Shown piece after piece: positions 17,460-27,190 of a stretch of DNA of 64,000 bases (positions are counted from its first letter, which is position 1; each line of letters starts with the position of its first letter). The DNA lies in assembly GCA_035651975.1 (NCBI GenBank), contig DASREQ010000069.1, positions 3,235 through 67,234 of the forward strand, in the 5' to 3' direction. The notes beneath the pieces are model-generated. The model did no database searches. It saw nothing but the letters and a program-made list of their open reading frames with translations, and was not told where the DNA came from. This DNA is from Candidatus Udaeobacter sp. (lineage in GTDB: Bacteria; Verrucomicrobiota; Verrucomicrobiia; Chthoniobacterales; UBA10450). The translations under genes and the position numbers were made by a program.

Positions 17460-17945
17460 ATGGAAATACCGAAGCAGCTGATCAAGTGTTTAGACGAAAA
17501 CAAAGTCACCTATGAGGTTCTGCGTCATCCGGAGGCAGTGACAGCGCAACGAATCGCCCAAGCGGAGCATGTGAAAGGTCGGCATCATGCCAAGGTGGTC
17601 ATGGTCAAGTCGGGCGACCAGCATTTGATGATGGTGCTGCCAGCGGACCACCATATTGATCTGGTGAAGGTGGAGAAAGCTGTCGGCAAAGCTGTCTCGC
17701 TGGATAAGGAGCAGGATTTCAAGTCGATCTTCCCTGACTGCGCCATTGGAGGGATGCCCCCCTTTGGCAATCTTTATGGTGTGCCGACGTATGTGGACCA
17801 GAGTCTGGCGGAGCAAGACTACATTGTGTTCGAAGCGGGCACACACACGGACGCGATTAAAGTGAGTTATCGCGATTACGAGAAGATGGTGAAGCCAAAG
17901 GTGCACGACCTGGCGATCAAGCTGCAGCCGATGAAAGGAGCATAA
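17460..17945 (+). CDS. YbaK/EbsC-type aminoacyl-tRNA deacylase domain protein
   Basis: 161 aa with a YbaK-like pattern (VTYEVLRHPEAVTAQRIA...KVVMVK...GGMPPFGNLYG...). Confidence 0.7.
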   Translation: MEIPKQLIKCLDENKVTYEVLRHPEAVTAQRIAQAEHVKGRHHAKVVMVKSGDQHLMMVLPADHHIDLVKVEKAVGKAVSLDKEQDFKSIFPDCAIGGMPPFGNLYGVPTYVDQSLAEQDYIVFEAGTHTDAIKVSYRDYEKMVKPKVHDLAIKLQPMKGA

Positions 17946-17983
17946 CTTTGCGCATCGCCGCGCAGCGCGTGGGGAAAGGCGGC

Positions 17984-19279
17984 ATGACGAATGCCTTCAT
18001 GGGTCTTATTCTCTGGCTCGCTTGGGCAATTACTCCCACAGCTTTCGCGGCGGAGAAGGTTTCCCTCATTAATATCGACGGAGCCATTGGGCCGGCGACG
18101 GCCAGTTACATTGCGCGTAGTATTGAGGAGGCCCGGTCGCAGAATGCTCAATGTCTGATCATTCAACTTAATACCCCGGGAGGTTTGCTCGATTCGACGC
18201 AGAAGATTGTGCAGAGCTTTCTCGGCTCCCCGGTGCCCGTTGTTGTTTATGTCGCTCCGACTGGCGCGACAGCAACCAGCGCAGGTTGTTTCATCACAAT
18301 CGCGGCCAGTGTCGCGGCAATGGCTCCAGCCACCACAATTGGCGCGGCGCATCCGGTCTCCATAGGCGGTGCTCCCGGTGGCGGCGAGGAAAAGATGGAC
18401 GAAACGATGAAGCAAAAAATCGAGAATTTTTCCATAAGCTACATCGAGACAATCGCTGGCAAACGCCAGCGTAACGTGGAATGGGCCAAATCGGCGGTGA
18501 AGGAAAGCGCATCGATCACCGCTGAAAAAGCGTTGCAATTAAAAGTCATTGACCTGATTGCCTCCGATATTCCTGATCTGTTACAAAAATTGAACGGCCG
18601 CGTGGTGGATGGGAAGACGCTCAAGACGGCGGGCGCACAGGTTTCGGAGATCAAGATGTCGGCCTCGGAACACGTCTTTCAAAAACTGTGGCGACCAGAA
18701 GTGATGTTCATTCTTATGCTGATCGCCATTTATGGAATCATCGGCGAGCTGACCACGCCCGGCGCGATTCTTCCCGGAGTGGTTGGAGCGATCGCGTTGG
18801 TCCTCGCGCTTTATCTCGCCGCCGTTTTGCCAGTCAACGTCACCGGACTCGTTTTGATCGCGCTCGCGTTGATGCTTTTTATCTTTGACGTTTACGCCAC
18901 CACACACGGTGTCCTGACCGTCGGCGGCATTATTGCGTTCCTGATCGGTTCGCTGATGCTCTTCAATCGCGCCGATCCGCTCTTTCGGTTATCGCTCAAT
19001 TATATCATTCCGGCGACATTGGTCACCGCAGCGTTCTTCATTTTCGTCATTGGAAAGGGCCTGCGCGCGCAACAGTTGCCGGTGAAGGTGGGGGCGGAAA
19101 CGCTCATTGGAAAAACGGTGACTGCGCTGACTCCGATTGATTCGCGCAACGGCAGGATTTTCGTCGAAGGCGAATACTGGAACGCGGTCAGCGATTCGCC
19201 TATCGAAAAGGACGAACAGGCTGAGATTGCGGGCGTGCAAGGGTTAACTGTAAAACTGCAACCTATAAGGAAAACATAG
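17984..19279 (+). CDS. NfeD-family membrane-bound ClpP-class serine protease
   Basis: N-terminal ClpP-like domain ([15 protein letters not shown]...[11 protein letters not shown]...[14 protein letters not shown]), four TM segments and a C-terminal NfeD OB domain ([27 protein letters not shown]). The ORF is open from TTG 17948. Confidence 0.85.
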   Translation: MTNAFMGLILWLAWAITPTAFAAEKVSLINIDGAIGPATASYIARSIEEARSQNAQCLIIQLNTPGGLLDSTQKIVQSFLGSPVPVVVYVAPTGATATSAGCFITIAASVAAMAPATTIGAAHPVSIGGAPGGGEEKMDETMKQKIENFSISYIETIAGKRQRNVEWAKSAVKESASITAEKALQLKVIDLIASDIPDLLQKLNGRVVDGKTLKTAGAQVSEIKMSASEHVFQKLWRPEVMFILMLIAIYGIIGELTTPGAILPGVVGAIALVLALYLAAVLPVNVTGLVLIALALMLFIFDVYATTHGVLTVGGIIAFLIGSLMLFNRADPLFRLSLNYIIPATLVTAAFFIFVIGKGLRAQQLPVKVGAETLIGKTVTALTPIDSRNGRIFVEGEYWNAVSDSPIEKDEQAEIAGVQGLTVKLQPIRKT

Positions 19280-19281
19280 CC

Positions 19282-20067
19282 ATGGAATTAATTGAAACAT
19301 TGCCGCGACTGATCAGTTGGGCCATCCCGATCGTCATTCTCATCATCATTGTTTTACCGCAGGCTGTTCGTATCCTGCGTGAATACGAGCGCGGTGTTAT
19401 CTTTCGCCTCGGAAAACTGCTCGGTGAGAAAGGGCCGGGGCTGATCTTTCTCATCCCGATCGTCGATCGCATGGTGCGAATGGATTTGCGCGTCGTGACC
19501 ATCAACGTTGAGCGGCAGGAGGTGATGACGCGTGACAATGTGCCGGTGACGGTCGACGCGGTTGTTTATTTCCGCGTGGTCGATCCGCAAGCCGCGGTGG
19601 TGAAAGTGGAGAACTTTCTCAAAGCCACCTCGCTCATCGCCCAAACCACGTTGCGCAGTGTGCTCGGTCAGGCCCCCTTGGACGACCTGCTTTCGCAGCG
19701 CGAGTCGATCAACCAGAAGTTGCAGGAGATCATCGACCGGCAAACCGAACCGTGGGGAGTCAAAGTCACGGCGGTCGAGGTGAAAGACGTTGCGCTGCCC
19801 GACACGATGAAGCGCGCGATGGCGAAGCAGGCCGAAGCCGAGCGGGAGCGTCGCGCGAAGATCGTCAATGCCGAGGGCGAATTTCAAGCCGCGGAAAAAA
19901 TGGTGCAGGCCGCGGCGATGATGAGCAAGGAGCCGATTGCTCTGCAACTGCGTTTCCTGCAAACGATGCGCGAGATTTCCAGCGAGCACAATACAACCAC
20001 ATTTCTTCCGGTCCCGATCGATCTGTTCGGCCCATTTCTGAACAAGGGCGAACCTCCGAAACCGTAG
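19282..20067 (+). CDS. SPFH/band-7 (stomatin-like) protein
   Basis: Stomatin core: [18 protein letters not shown]...[18 protein letters not shown]...[10 protein letters not shown]. It starts 3 nt after the nfeD stop, as in the classic nfeD-stomatin operon. Confidence 0.92.
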   Translation: MELIETLPRLISWAIPIVILIIIVLPQAVRILREYERGVIFRLGKLLGEKGPGLIFLIPIVDRMVRMDLRVVTINVERQEVMTRDNVPVTVDAVVYFRVVDPQAAVVKVENFLKATSLIAQTTLRSVLGQAPLDDLLSQRESINQKLQEIIDRQTEPWGVKVTAVEVKDVALPDTMKRAMAKQAEAERERRAKIVNAEGEFQAAEKMVQAAAMMSKEPIALQLRFLQTMREISSEHNTTTFLPVPIDLFGPFLNKGEPPKP

Positions 20068-20093
20068 GCCCCTTCGGCTGAAGATCGACATCT

Positions 20094-21746
20094 GTGAACG
20101 ATCGAGTGGGGGCTCGCGAGCGGCTGATTTCGTTCCTTGAATCGCCTGCCTCGTATCTACACCAGCCGGCGGAAGTTCACGCCATTCAAACCCACATCTC
20201 GTGGGTCTTCATGGCGTCGCCGTTTGTCTTCAAGGTGAAAAAGCCGGTGAATCTCGGCTTCCTCGATTTCAGCACGCTGGAAAAACGCCGCTACTTTTGC
20301 CAGCGCGAGATTGAATTGAACCGGCGACTCTGTCCGGGGATTTATCTCGACACGGTTCCCATTTACGAGACTGATTCCGGTTTTTCGTTCAAACCACCGG
20401 GCGACATCGTCGAGTATGCCGTCAAAATGAAAGAACTGCCGGACGGCTGGTTCTTAAGCGAGTTGCTCGAGAAAAGTTTGGTCGGTGAAAAGGAGATCAA
20501 CCGCGTGATCTCCACCCTGCATCGATTTTATCAGGAGGAAACTCCGACGTTCGAAATCGAACAATGGGGCACACCCGAAAAGTTAAAGATCAGCACCAAC
20601 GAAAACTTCGCGCAGGTAGAGCCATTCGTTGGCAAGACAATCTCGCGCCCCGCCTTCGAAGCCATTCGTCATTTCACAAACCGGTTCTACACCGTGAAGG
20701 AAAACCTTTTCTGTGAACGAATTCAGCAGCACCGGATTCTCGATTGCCATGGCGATTTGCATCTCGATCATGTCCATCTCGCTCCGGACGCGACCACCAT
20801 CTTTGATTGCATCGAATTCAACGATCGATTCCGTTTCATCGATATCGCCAACGACCTCGCATTTCTGGCGATGGATTTCGATTTCAAAGGGCGAAGCGAT
20901 CTGGGAAACCTGCTTCTGCGAAATGCCGCGCGCGAATCAGGCGACGCAGGAATGCTGAAAGTCGCGAATTTCTATAAGTGCTATCGCGCGTTCGTTCGCG
21001 GAAAGGTCGAAAGCATCCAGGCGACAGAGAAAGAAACGACCAACCCGCAGGAGCACGAAAGACAAGCGGCTCGCTATTTTCGTCTCGCGCTTCGGTATGC
21101 CATCGCCGGCTCCGAGCCATTGATTCTTGTCGTAATGGGCCGGATCGGCACGGGCAAGAGCACTATGGCGAAACGACTTGCCAGCGAGTTGGATTGGCCG
21201 GTCTTCTCCTCCGACGAAATTCGCAAGACACTGGCCGGCCTTCCGCTTACGAGACGAACGCCGCCAGAATTGCGCGACAAAATCTATTCGGCGCAAATGA
21301 CGCGACGAACCTACAGGAACCTTTTTAAAGAGGGTTTCACCGCGATCGGTTGCTGTAGCCGAGGGCGCCGATCTCGGCTGGTTCCACCTCACAACGGCGT
21401 CATTCTCGATGCCAAATTTTCGACGCGCGCCCTCCGCAAATTTCTTTGCGACGAATGCAAGAAAGCGAACGTGCCAATTCAGTTCATAGAACTCGAGGTC
21501 GGTCCCAATGAAATCAAAAAACGGCTTAAGCTCCGCAATGAAAAAACGGCCGAAGCATCCGATGCTCGCCTCGAAGACTTCGAGAAGTTGAGCGCGGCTT
21601 ACGAGCCACCATCTGAAGTCGGGCCTGACTTAATCAGAATTTCAACGAAGACATCGGTTTCCGACACTGTGAAAGCCATCTTGCTGTGCCTGGCCGAAAA
21701 GCAATCACTTGCGACCAACAACGCCCGCTTTGTTGGATCTCGCTAG
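20094..21746 (+). CDS. bifunctional aminoglycoside-phosphotransferase-like kinase / P-loop (AAA/zeta-like) kinase domain protein
   Basis: The N-terminal half is protein-kinase/APH-like (ILDCHGDLHLDHVHL...FDCIEFNDRFRFIDIANDLAFL). The C-terminal half has a P-loop (VVMGRIGTGKSTMAKRLA). It starts with GTG. Confidence 0.72.
   Translation: MNDRVGARERLISFLESPASYLHQPAEVHAIQTHISWVFMASPFVFKVKKPVNLGFLDFSTLEKRRYFCQREIELNRRLCPGIYLDTVPIYETDSGFSFKPPGDIVEYAVKMKELPDGWFLSELLEKSLVGEKEINRVISTLHRFYQEETPTFEIEQWGTPEKLKISTNENFAQVEPFVGKTISRPAFEAIRHFTNRFYTVKENLFCERIQQHRILDCHGDLHLDHVHLAPDATTIFDCIEFNDRFRFIDIANDLAFLAMDFDFKGRSDLGNLLLRNAARESGDAGMLKVANFYKCYRAFVRGKVESIQATEKETTNPQEHERQAARYFRLALRYAIAGSEPLILVVMGRIGTGKSTMAKRLASELDWPVFSSDEIRKTLAGLPLTRRTPPELRDKIYSAQMTRRTYRNLFKEGFTAIGCCSRGRRSRLVPPHNGVILDAKFSTRALRKFLCDECKKANVPIQFIELEVGPNEIKKRLKLRNEKTAEASDARLEDFEKLSAAYEPPSEVGPDLIRISTKTSVSDTVKAILLCLAEKQSLATNNARFVGSR
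21353..21379 (+). repeat. REP-like unit (CTGTAG + hairpin) inside the kinase CDS
   Basis: CTGT-AGCCGAG-ggcgccgat-CTCGGCT. The GTAG overlaps a 7-bp stem. Confidence 0.5.
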
Positions 21747-22436
21747 CCGCCTTCGGTTCACGAACTTTCCAATTTGCTGGCGAAAGAGTTTCGCTCCGCC
21801 GGAAGCGGGATGACGAACACGATGGGCTTCAATATTCAGTTCCTGGAGCTGCGAGGCAGCGATATTGCCGAGGGCGACAATTTCGTCGCACGGAAAAAGA
21901 TCGAGGAAGGCTTTGAGCCCCGACAAGCCGGAGGATCGTTCTTTTTGTGTGGGCATCCGGTTGCTCAACATTCCCCGACGCGGATCAAATGAATGCCACG
22001 GGAACGCATTCCAGAGCACGAATTGCTCCGGCTTTACGCCAAACCTGAGCAGCGAACCCCAGACGATAGTCGCTGTCGGCTCAGAAAAACCATGCGGGCA
22101 TTGTTGACGCTTGCTTGTTCGTTTTGGCTTAATGCCGGAAAACACGTGTTCCGGCTCGATCCCAGTATCTTTCTTTTTTCCCAGCAGGATTCGCTCGGAG
22201 GTCATGGGGATTCCGCTGAAATGGCCGCCGCGATAACCGAGCGCTTCGCCGATTATCACCAGTTTCGCTTTGTCGAGCCGTTTGCGAAGATAAGCGGCTA
22301 ACTGTCTTCTTCGGATCGCAGGAGCGTTGCGAGCAATGTCATTTCGTTTGTCGACTTCCCACCACGGATTAAAGACGGCGCCGCGCGGCGATTTCTTTAA
22401 GAGTTTAATAAATCTCTCGATGGAATCGGTCGGCAT
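21705..22436 (-). CDS. uracil-DNA glycosylase superfamily protein (unassigned family)
   Basis: Motif-A-like LVIIGEALGYRGGHFSGIPMTSE and a C-terminal motif-B-like VRHPASGG. Its 3' end overlaps the convergent kinase gene by 42 nt. Confidence 0.62.
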   Translation of the reverse strand: MPTDSIERFIKLLKKSPRGAVFNPWWEVDKRNDIARNAPAIRRRQLAAYLRKRLDKAKLVIIGEALGYRGGHFSGIPMTSERILLGKKKDTGIEPEHVFSGIKPKRTSKRQQCPHGFSEPTATIVWGSLLRFGVKPEQFVLWNAFPWHSFDPRRGMLSNRMPTQKERSSGLSGLKAFLDLFPCDEIVALGNIAASQLQELNIEAHRVRHPASGGAKLFRQQIGKFVNRRRLARSNKAGVVGRK

Positions 22437-22546
22437 GATCTATTAAGCCCAAGTTTCACACTCCACGATCCAGAGAAAATTCAAATCTGAAGCCGCGTCC
22501 CATACCGCCGGACAACCGAGCGACCTTTACGCTGCGATAGCTGAGC

Positions 22547-22900
22547 ATGGGCTTTCGGCTCAAGCGTGTTTATGAGAATCCGGCCAAAGCCGATGGCCGA
22601 CGCGTGCTTGTGGATCGTATCTGGCCGCGCGGCCTAACGAAAAACGAAGCACACATCGATGATTGGCTGAAGGAAATCGCGCCCAGCGCGCGGCTGCGAA
22701 AGTGGTTCGGGCACGATCCGGCACGATGGACTGAATTCAAAAAGCGATACACCGCCGAATTGAAAGTCCGGCGCGAGCGAATCCAACAACTCGTACAGCA
22801 CGGTAGAAAGCAAACAGTCACACTGCTCTTTGGCGCCAAAGACTTTGAACATAACAACGCAGTGGCGTTGAAGGAATACATCGAGAAACGAATGAAGTGA
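22547..22900 (+). CDS. DUF488 (YeaO-like) family protein
   Basis: 117 aa with LKRVYE.P...DG.RVLVDRIWPRGL.K......DWLKEIAPS..LRKWFGHDP.RW.EF, the DUF488 signature as I recall it. Confidence 0.8.
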   Translation: MGFRLKRVYENPAKADGRRVLVDRIWPRGLTKNEAHIDDWLKEIAPSARLRKWFGHDPARWTEFKKRYTAELKVRRERIQQLVQHGRKQTVTLLFGAKDFEHNNAVALKEYIEKRMK

Positions 22901-22990
22901 CGCGGACAATCCTGTCTGTAAGAACTACCTTGGCGGGCAAGATTGCGTGCTGCATGTTCGCAGGCAGGATTGCCTGCGTCACGTCTCCAA

Positions 22991-23782
22991 ATGCCAGAGT
23001 TGCCTGAGGTTGAAATGTTCAAGCGATATCTTGATGCCACGTCGCTGCATCAGCGGATCGCCGATGTCGACGTGCGGAACGCATATATTTTGAAAGACGT
23101 CACGGCGCGAGAGCTTGCACGAGGATTGAAAGGCCGCCGCTTCGAATCGAGTCGCCGTCATGGCAAACATCTGTTTGTACGCGCTGATGATAAGCTCTGG
23201 TTGCGACTGCACTTCGGTATGACGGGGTCGCTCGAGTATTTTAAAGCTAACGGACAGACGCCGCGGCATACGCGAGTGCTCTTTATTTTCACCAATCACC
23301 ATCGTCTGGCGTTCGATGATCAGCGCCAGTTCGGTCAGCTCGAATTGCTAAAAGATGTCGATGAATTTCTGAAAAAGCGCGCGCTCGGACCGGACGCACT
23401 TAATCTCGAACTCGGAGGGTTCAGAAAAATGCTGAGGAAACATCGCGGTGCAGTGAAATCGATCCTGATGAACCAACAGCTAATCGCGGGCATTGGGAAC
23501 ATTTACGCAGACGAAATTCTTTTCCGCGCGCGCATGCATCCCGCGACGGAAATCTCTCGTTTGGGCGACAAAGCCCTGACCAAACTGTTCCGCGCCACGC
23601 GCTACATTCTGAAAAAAGCCATCGTGGCGAAGGCTGACGTGAACCAACTGCCAAAATCACGGCTTCTTCCGCATAGGCGAAAAGGTGGTAAATGCCCACG
23701 TTGCGGGCGCAAGCTTAGCACAGCGAAAATCGGCGGGCGCACCGCGTGGTTCTGCGCGCAGTGTCAAAAGCAGCGCAGCTAG
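22991..23782 (+). CDS. mutM: formamidopyrimidine-DNA glycosylase / endonuclease VIII family (Fpg/Nei)
   Basis: N-terminal MPELPEVE, an H2TH region (LMNQQLIAGIGNIYADEILFRARMHP) and a C-terminal zinc finger (CPRCGRKL...GRTAWFCAQCQ). Confidence 0.88.
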   Translation: MPELPEVEMFKRYLDATSLHQRIADVDVRNAYILKDVTARELARGLKGRRFESSRRHGKHLFVRADDKLWLRLHFGMTGSLEYFKANGQTPRHTRVLFIFTNHHRLAFDDQRQFGQLELLKDVDEFLKKRALGPDALNLELGGFRKMLRKHRGAVKSILMNQQLIAGIGNIYADEILFRARMHPATEISRLGDKALTKLFRATRYILKKAIVAKADVNQLPKSRLLPHRRKGGKCPRCGRKLSTAKIGGRTAWFCAQCQKQRS

Positions 23783-23945
23783 AACAACTATTCTGCCCGC
23801 GACAACACGTGAATTGACGCGAAAATTACAGAGAGAAGTATTGCTTCGTATCTTTTCTATGTTTCACGGGGTAAACCTTTATGCCTAGTCTATGCTGCAG
23901 CCGTGAGACGTTTGGCTTCGCCGCACACTTCTTTCACGGGATCGC

Positions 23946-24476
23946 TTGAAATTTGGTTATGTGACCAAGAAAATTTTTCTTACCGGACGTCCCGGATGTG
24001 GAAAAACCACGCTAATCAAGCGTGTTATGAAGGATCTGGCGGTGCCGGCTGGCGGTTTTTACACTCAGGAAATCCGCGAGCGTGGTCAGCGCGCCGGATT
24101 CAAAATTGTCACACTCGATCGCAGGGAGGCTATGTTTGCCCATGTGAATTTCAAAACCTCCGAGCGAATGGGAAAATACGGGCTTGATCTTTCGGCGGTT
24201 GAGAGGATCGGCGTTGCGGCAGTTCGCGAGGCGGTGCATTCGCGAAAGCTTGTGGTTATGGATGAAATCGGGCCGATGGAAATCCGATCGGCGACTTTTC
24301 GTGATGCGGTGGATGAAGCGTTCGACAGCGGCGTGTCGATCCTTGCTACCATCACCGCGCGATCATTGCCGTTTACCGATGCGATCAAAAAGCGCTCCGA
24401 AATCACTTTAATCGAGGTGCGCGCAGACAATCGCGAACAACTCGTTCCTGAACTCACAGACCAGTTCACTGCCTGA
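23946..24476 (+). CDS. THEP1-type nucleoside-triphosphatase
   Basis: KIFLTGRPGCGKTTLIKRV, GFYTQEIRE.GQRAGFKIVTLD and Walker B VVMDEIGPMEI, colinear with the Aquifex THEP1 family. The start is TTG 23946 or GTG 23961. Confidence 0.78.
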   Translation: MKFGYVTKKIFLTGRPGCGKTTLIKRVMKDLAVPAGGFYTQEIRERGQRAGFKIVTLDRREAMFAHVNFKTSERMGKYGLDLSAVERIGVAAVREAVHSRKLVVMDEIGPMEIRSATFRDAVDEAFDSGVSILATITARSLPFTDAIKKRSEITLIEVRADNREQLVPELTDQFTA

Positions 24477-25205
24477 TCACCCCAACATTTTCAACAGGGT
24501 GAGCGCATTCTGGGGAGCGGCGCCTTCGGCGTCATTGTCGAAATAGACGTGGACCGCGCGATTCTCTTCTAACCAACTACGGATCCGACTTGCCCATTTT
24601 CTGAGGGCAGGCTTGCTGTAGCTGGAAGCGTATTTTCGCGTGTGTCCATGCAACCGGATGTAAACCAGGTCAGTGGTCACTTCCTCCCACATCGGCCAAT
24701 CGGGCGCATCGGACATGCAGATTGCGACTGCGCTGCGCTCGAGGGATTTGGCGATTTCATCTTGGAACCACGATTTGTGACGAAACTCGATTACGTGGCG
24801 CGCGCTTTTCCAGTGCCGCAAGGTCAAAAGAAATTTCTCAAGCCTCTGAGCATCCTTTTTCAGGAAAGCTGGAAGTTGCCACACCACGGCTGCGAGCCGT
24901 GTTCCAAGAGGCGACGCCGATTCGCGACAACGAATCACCGATTCTTTTACATCGACCAGCTTTTTGTTGTGCGTGACGTAACGATGACCCTTTATGGCAA
25001 ACGCGAACCCTTCGGGTGTGCCGTCACGCCACTTTTTGAATGTGCTCTTCTCCTGTAATCTGTAGAACGTGCCGTTCACCTCGATTCCGGTAAAACGTTC
25101 AGCACAGAATCGGAGCCATTGTTTCTGCGGCGTATCGCCGTAGAAGCCCTCGCGCCAGCTCTTATAATTCCAGCCGCTGGTGCCGATGTATGCCTGGCCG
25201 AGCAT
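24477..25205 (-). CDS. DUF72 (YecE-like) family protein
   Basis: YIGTSGWNYKSWREGFY, ...FAIKGHRYVTH... and YIRLHG...YSY pattern. I chose ATG 25205. The ORF is open to 25280. Confidence 0.85.
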   Translation of the reverse strand: MLGQAYIGTSGWNYKSWREGFYGDTPQKQWLRFCAERFTGIEVNGTFYRLQEKSTFKKWRDGTPEGFAFAIKGHRYVTHNKKLVDVKESVIRCRESASPLGTRLAAVVWQLPAFLKKDAQRLEKFLLTLRHWKSARHVIEFRHKSWFQDEIAKSLERSAVAICMSDAPDWPMWEEVTTDLVYIRLHGHTRKYASSYSKPALRKWASRIRSWLEENRAVHVYFDNDAEGAAPQNALTLLKMLG

Positions 25206-25315
25206 TTTGTCTTCCTGAAGATTTCGAATCCGGCCTCCGCCGCACGCTTGTACAAAAAAAATGTGCGTGAAGCGTTTCAATAAGGGTTGGTTGAGTCATC
25301 GCGCTGCGACAACCC

Positions 25316-25339
25316 GACGCCGCGGCCCGGCGTCACTAC
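25316..25339 (-). repeat. REP unit directly after the icmF catalytic-part stop
   Basis: The minus strand reads GTG TAG GTAG-T-GACGCCG-ggccg-CGGCGTC. GTAG is followed by a 7-bp stem with a 5-nt loop. Confidence 0.65.
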
Positions 25340-27190
25340 CTACACCATCGGGCGAAACCGCCCGACCACTTCCTGCAGGCGACCAGTGATCTGGCCTAAC
25401 GAACAGACTTCCGCCGCTTCGAGCAACATCGGGAAACAATTCTCGCCGCGTTCGACGACGTCGGCGAGTTTATCCAGCGTGCGTTTCGCTTTGTCGGCGT
25501 TTTTCTTTTTGAACTTCGCCAGGCGATCAACCTGCAACTGCTGTTTCTTTCGCGGGGTGCGCGCCAGTTTCACTTCCGGTATATCCTCGGCGCCGTCACG
25601 ATAGCGGTTGAGTCCGATAATCGGGCGAGTCCCATTGTAAATTTGCTGCTCGTACCGATGCGCGGCGTTTTGAATCTGGCTGCGCTGATAACGGTCTTCG
25701 ACCGCAGCAAGCACGCCACCCAGTCGTTGGATCTCCCGGAACTCCTCGAGAATTGCCGCTTCTACCGAGCGTTCGACGGCTTTCATCCCGGGCGAACCGC
25801 TCAACATGTTCATGGTGTGTTTGAAAATGCCGGACTCCTCCAGCAGAATCGCCTGGCTGTGCGCGGCAAGCCGAATCCATTCTTCACTCGGCGTTGTGAA
25901 TGGTTCGTCCGCGCTGTTGGAATGACACGAATTCGTCGCGTTCATGTAAGCGAGAACCAGTTCGGCCGCGGTGCGGGTGAGATTATTTTTGAATTCCGCT
26001 GCGATCAGCGAGCGACCACTGGTTTGGGTGTGCAATTTGAAAAGCTGCGCTCTCGGGCCGGCACCAAACACGTCGCGCATTCCGATCGCCCAGATGCGCC
26101 GCGAGACGCGCGCGAGCGCGATATATTCGGCATCGAGACCGCAATCGAGGAAGAATGAGAGGCGCGGGCCGAATTGATCGACTGGAATTCCACGTCCCGC
26201 GAACATTTCCGCATACGCGAATCCATTCGAGAGCGTATAAGCGGCTTGTTGCACTGGTGTCGAACCAGCTTCCCCGATGTGGTAACCGCTGATTGAAATC
26301 GGATACCAGCGCGGCATTTCACGCGTAGTGAATTCAACCATGTCGGTGAGAAAACGCAGCGAGGCTTCGATGGGGAAAATCGTTTCGTTCTGTGCCTGGA
26401 CTTCTTTGAAGATGTCCGCCTGAATTGTGCCGCGCAGCCTGGGGAAAACCTTCGGACCGAACCTGCGTTTCGCCGCGGCGATGTACATCGCCATGATGAT
26501 CGGCGCCGGGCCGCTGATGGTCATCGACGCGGAGAAATTTGGCGAGCCGAGATCAAAACCGTCGTAAAGCCGCACCATGTCTTCGACGGTATCGATCGCG
26601 ACGCCGCCCTCGCCGATTTTTCCGAAGACCCCATCCGCATCGCTATCGATGCCATAGAGCGTCGGTCCATCGAACGCGGTGCTGAGCCGGTGCGTGCGCT
26701 GATGCCGGGTCAGATAATGAAAACGCCCGTTAGTATCCTCGGCCAGCATCAAGCCAGAGAACAAACGCGTCGGCTCTTCGGCTTGAGGTAATGGCGGACG
26801 CACTTTCGAGCTCTTTGCAGGTGACACGGTTCGAGCCGGACTGGCATTTGCCGCTGCTGGTTCACCGTTTTTTTGGAAGCTTTCGAGCTCCCGGATTGGC
26901 TCCAAATACATCTCGCGGTAGGCGCCATTGAGAAATGGGAACTCGCCTGGCAATCCTTCGCCGAAGAGAAAACGCGCGATCTCGCCCGGTTCGTCGATCT
27001 CGGGCAAAGCCAGGCGCGGCAAAAGCAGTCCGGTCGGGGTCCGCGTGACTGGAATTTTCGCTTTGATATCGTTCCAGCGGCCCAACAGTTCACGGCCGAA
27101 TTCTTCATCGTCGCGCGCGCGCTTTACCTGATCGAGAACGAACTTGTTGTACTTCTCGATCGACTCAACAACTTGTCCAAGCTTGCTCAT
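25340..27190 (-). CDS. icmF: IcmF-type acyl-CoA mutase, substrate-binding (TIM-barrel) part
   Basis: 616-aa methylmalonyl/isobutyryl-CoA-mutase-family catalytic domain (FPFLNGAYREMY, TMTISGPAPIIMAMYIAAA, IQADIFKE.QAQNE.IFP). Its ATG overlaps the stop of the upstream B12/GTPase gene (ATGA). Confidence 0.85.
   Translation of the reverse strand: MSKLGQVVESIEKYNKFVLDQVKRARDDEEFGRELLGRWNDIKAKIPVTRTPTGLLLPRLALPEIDEPGEIARFLFGEGLPGEFPFLNGAYREMYLEPIRELESFQKNGEPAAANASPARTVSPAKSSKVRPPLPQAEEPTRLFSGLMLAEDTNGRFHYLTRHQRTHRLSTAFDGPTLYGIDSDADGVFGKIGEGGVAIDTVEDMVRLYDGFDLGSPNFSASMTISGPAPIIMAMYIAAAKRRFGPKVFPRLRGTIQADIFKEVQAQNETIFPIEASLRFLTDMVEFTTREMPRWYPISISGYHIGEAGSTPVQQAAYTLSNGFAYAEMFAGRGIPVDQFGPRLSFFLDCGLDAEYIALARVSRRIWAIGMRDVFGAGPRAQLFKLHTQTSGRSLIAAEFKNNLTRTAAELVLAYMNATNSCHSNSADEPFTTPSEEWIRLAAHSQAILLEESGIFKHTMNMLSGSPGMKAVERSVEAAILEEFREIQRLGGVLAAVEDRYQRSQIQNAAHRYEQQIYNGTRPIIGLNRYRDGAEDIPEVKLARTPRKKQQLQVDRLAKFKKKNADKAKRTLDKLADVVERGENCFPMLLEAAEVCSLGQITGRLQEVVGRFRPMV

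Noticed and set aside
19354-20091. 245-aa minus-strand ORF
   Set aside because: It is antisense to the SPFH/stomatin gene and is a shadow ORF.
22960-22977. Hairpin GCAGGCA-ggat-TGCCTGC 14 nt upstream of the fpg start, considered as a terminator or riboswitch
   Set aside because: It has no U tract and no conserved riboswitch features that I can recognise. It is probably another short palindromic repeat (a similar stem occurs at 53897-53913).
24474-24479. TGATCA palindrome formed by two abutting convergent stop codons
   Set aside because: It is a real sequence feature, but it is most simply a coincidence of TGA on both strands. No functional claim is warranted.
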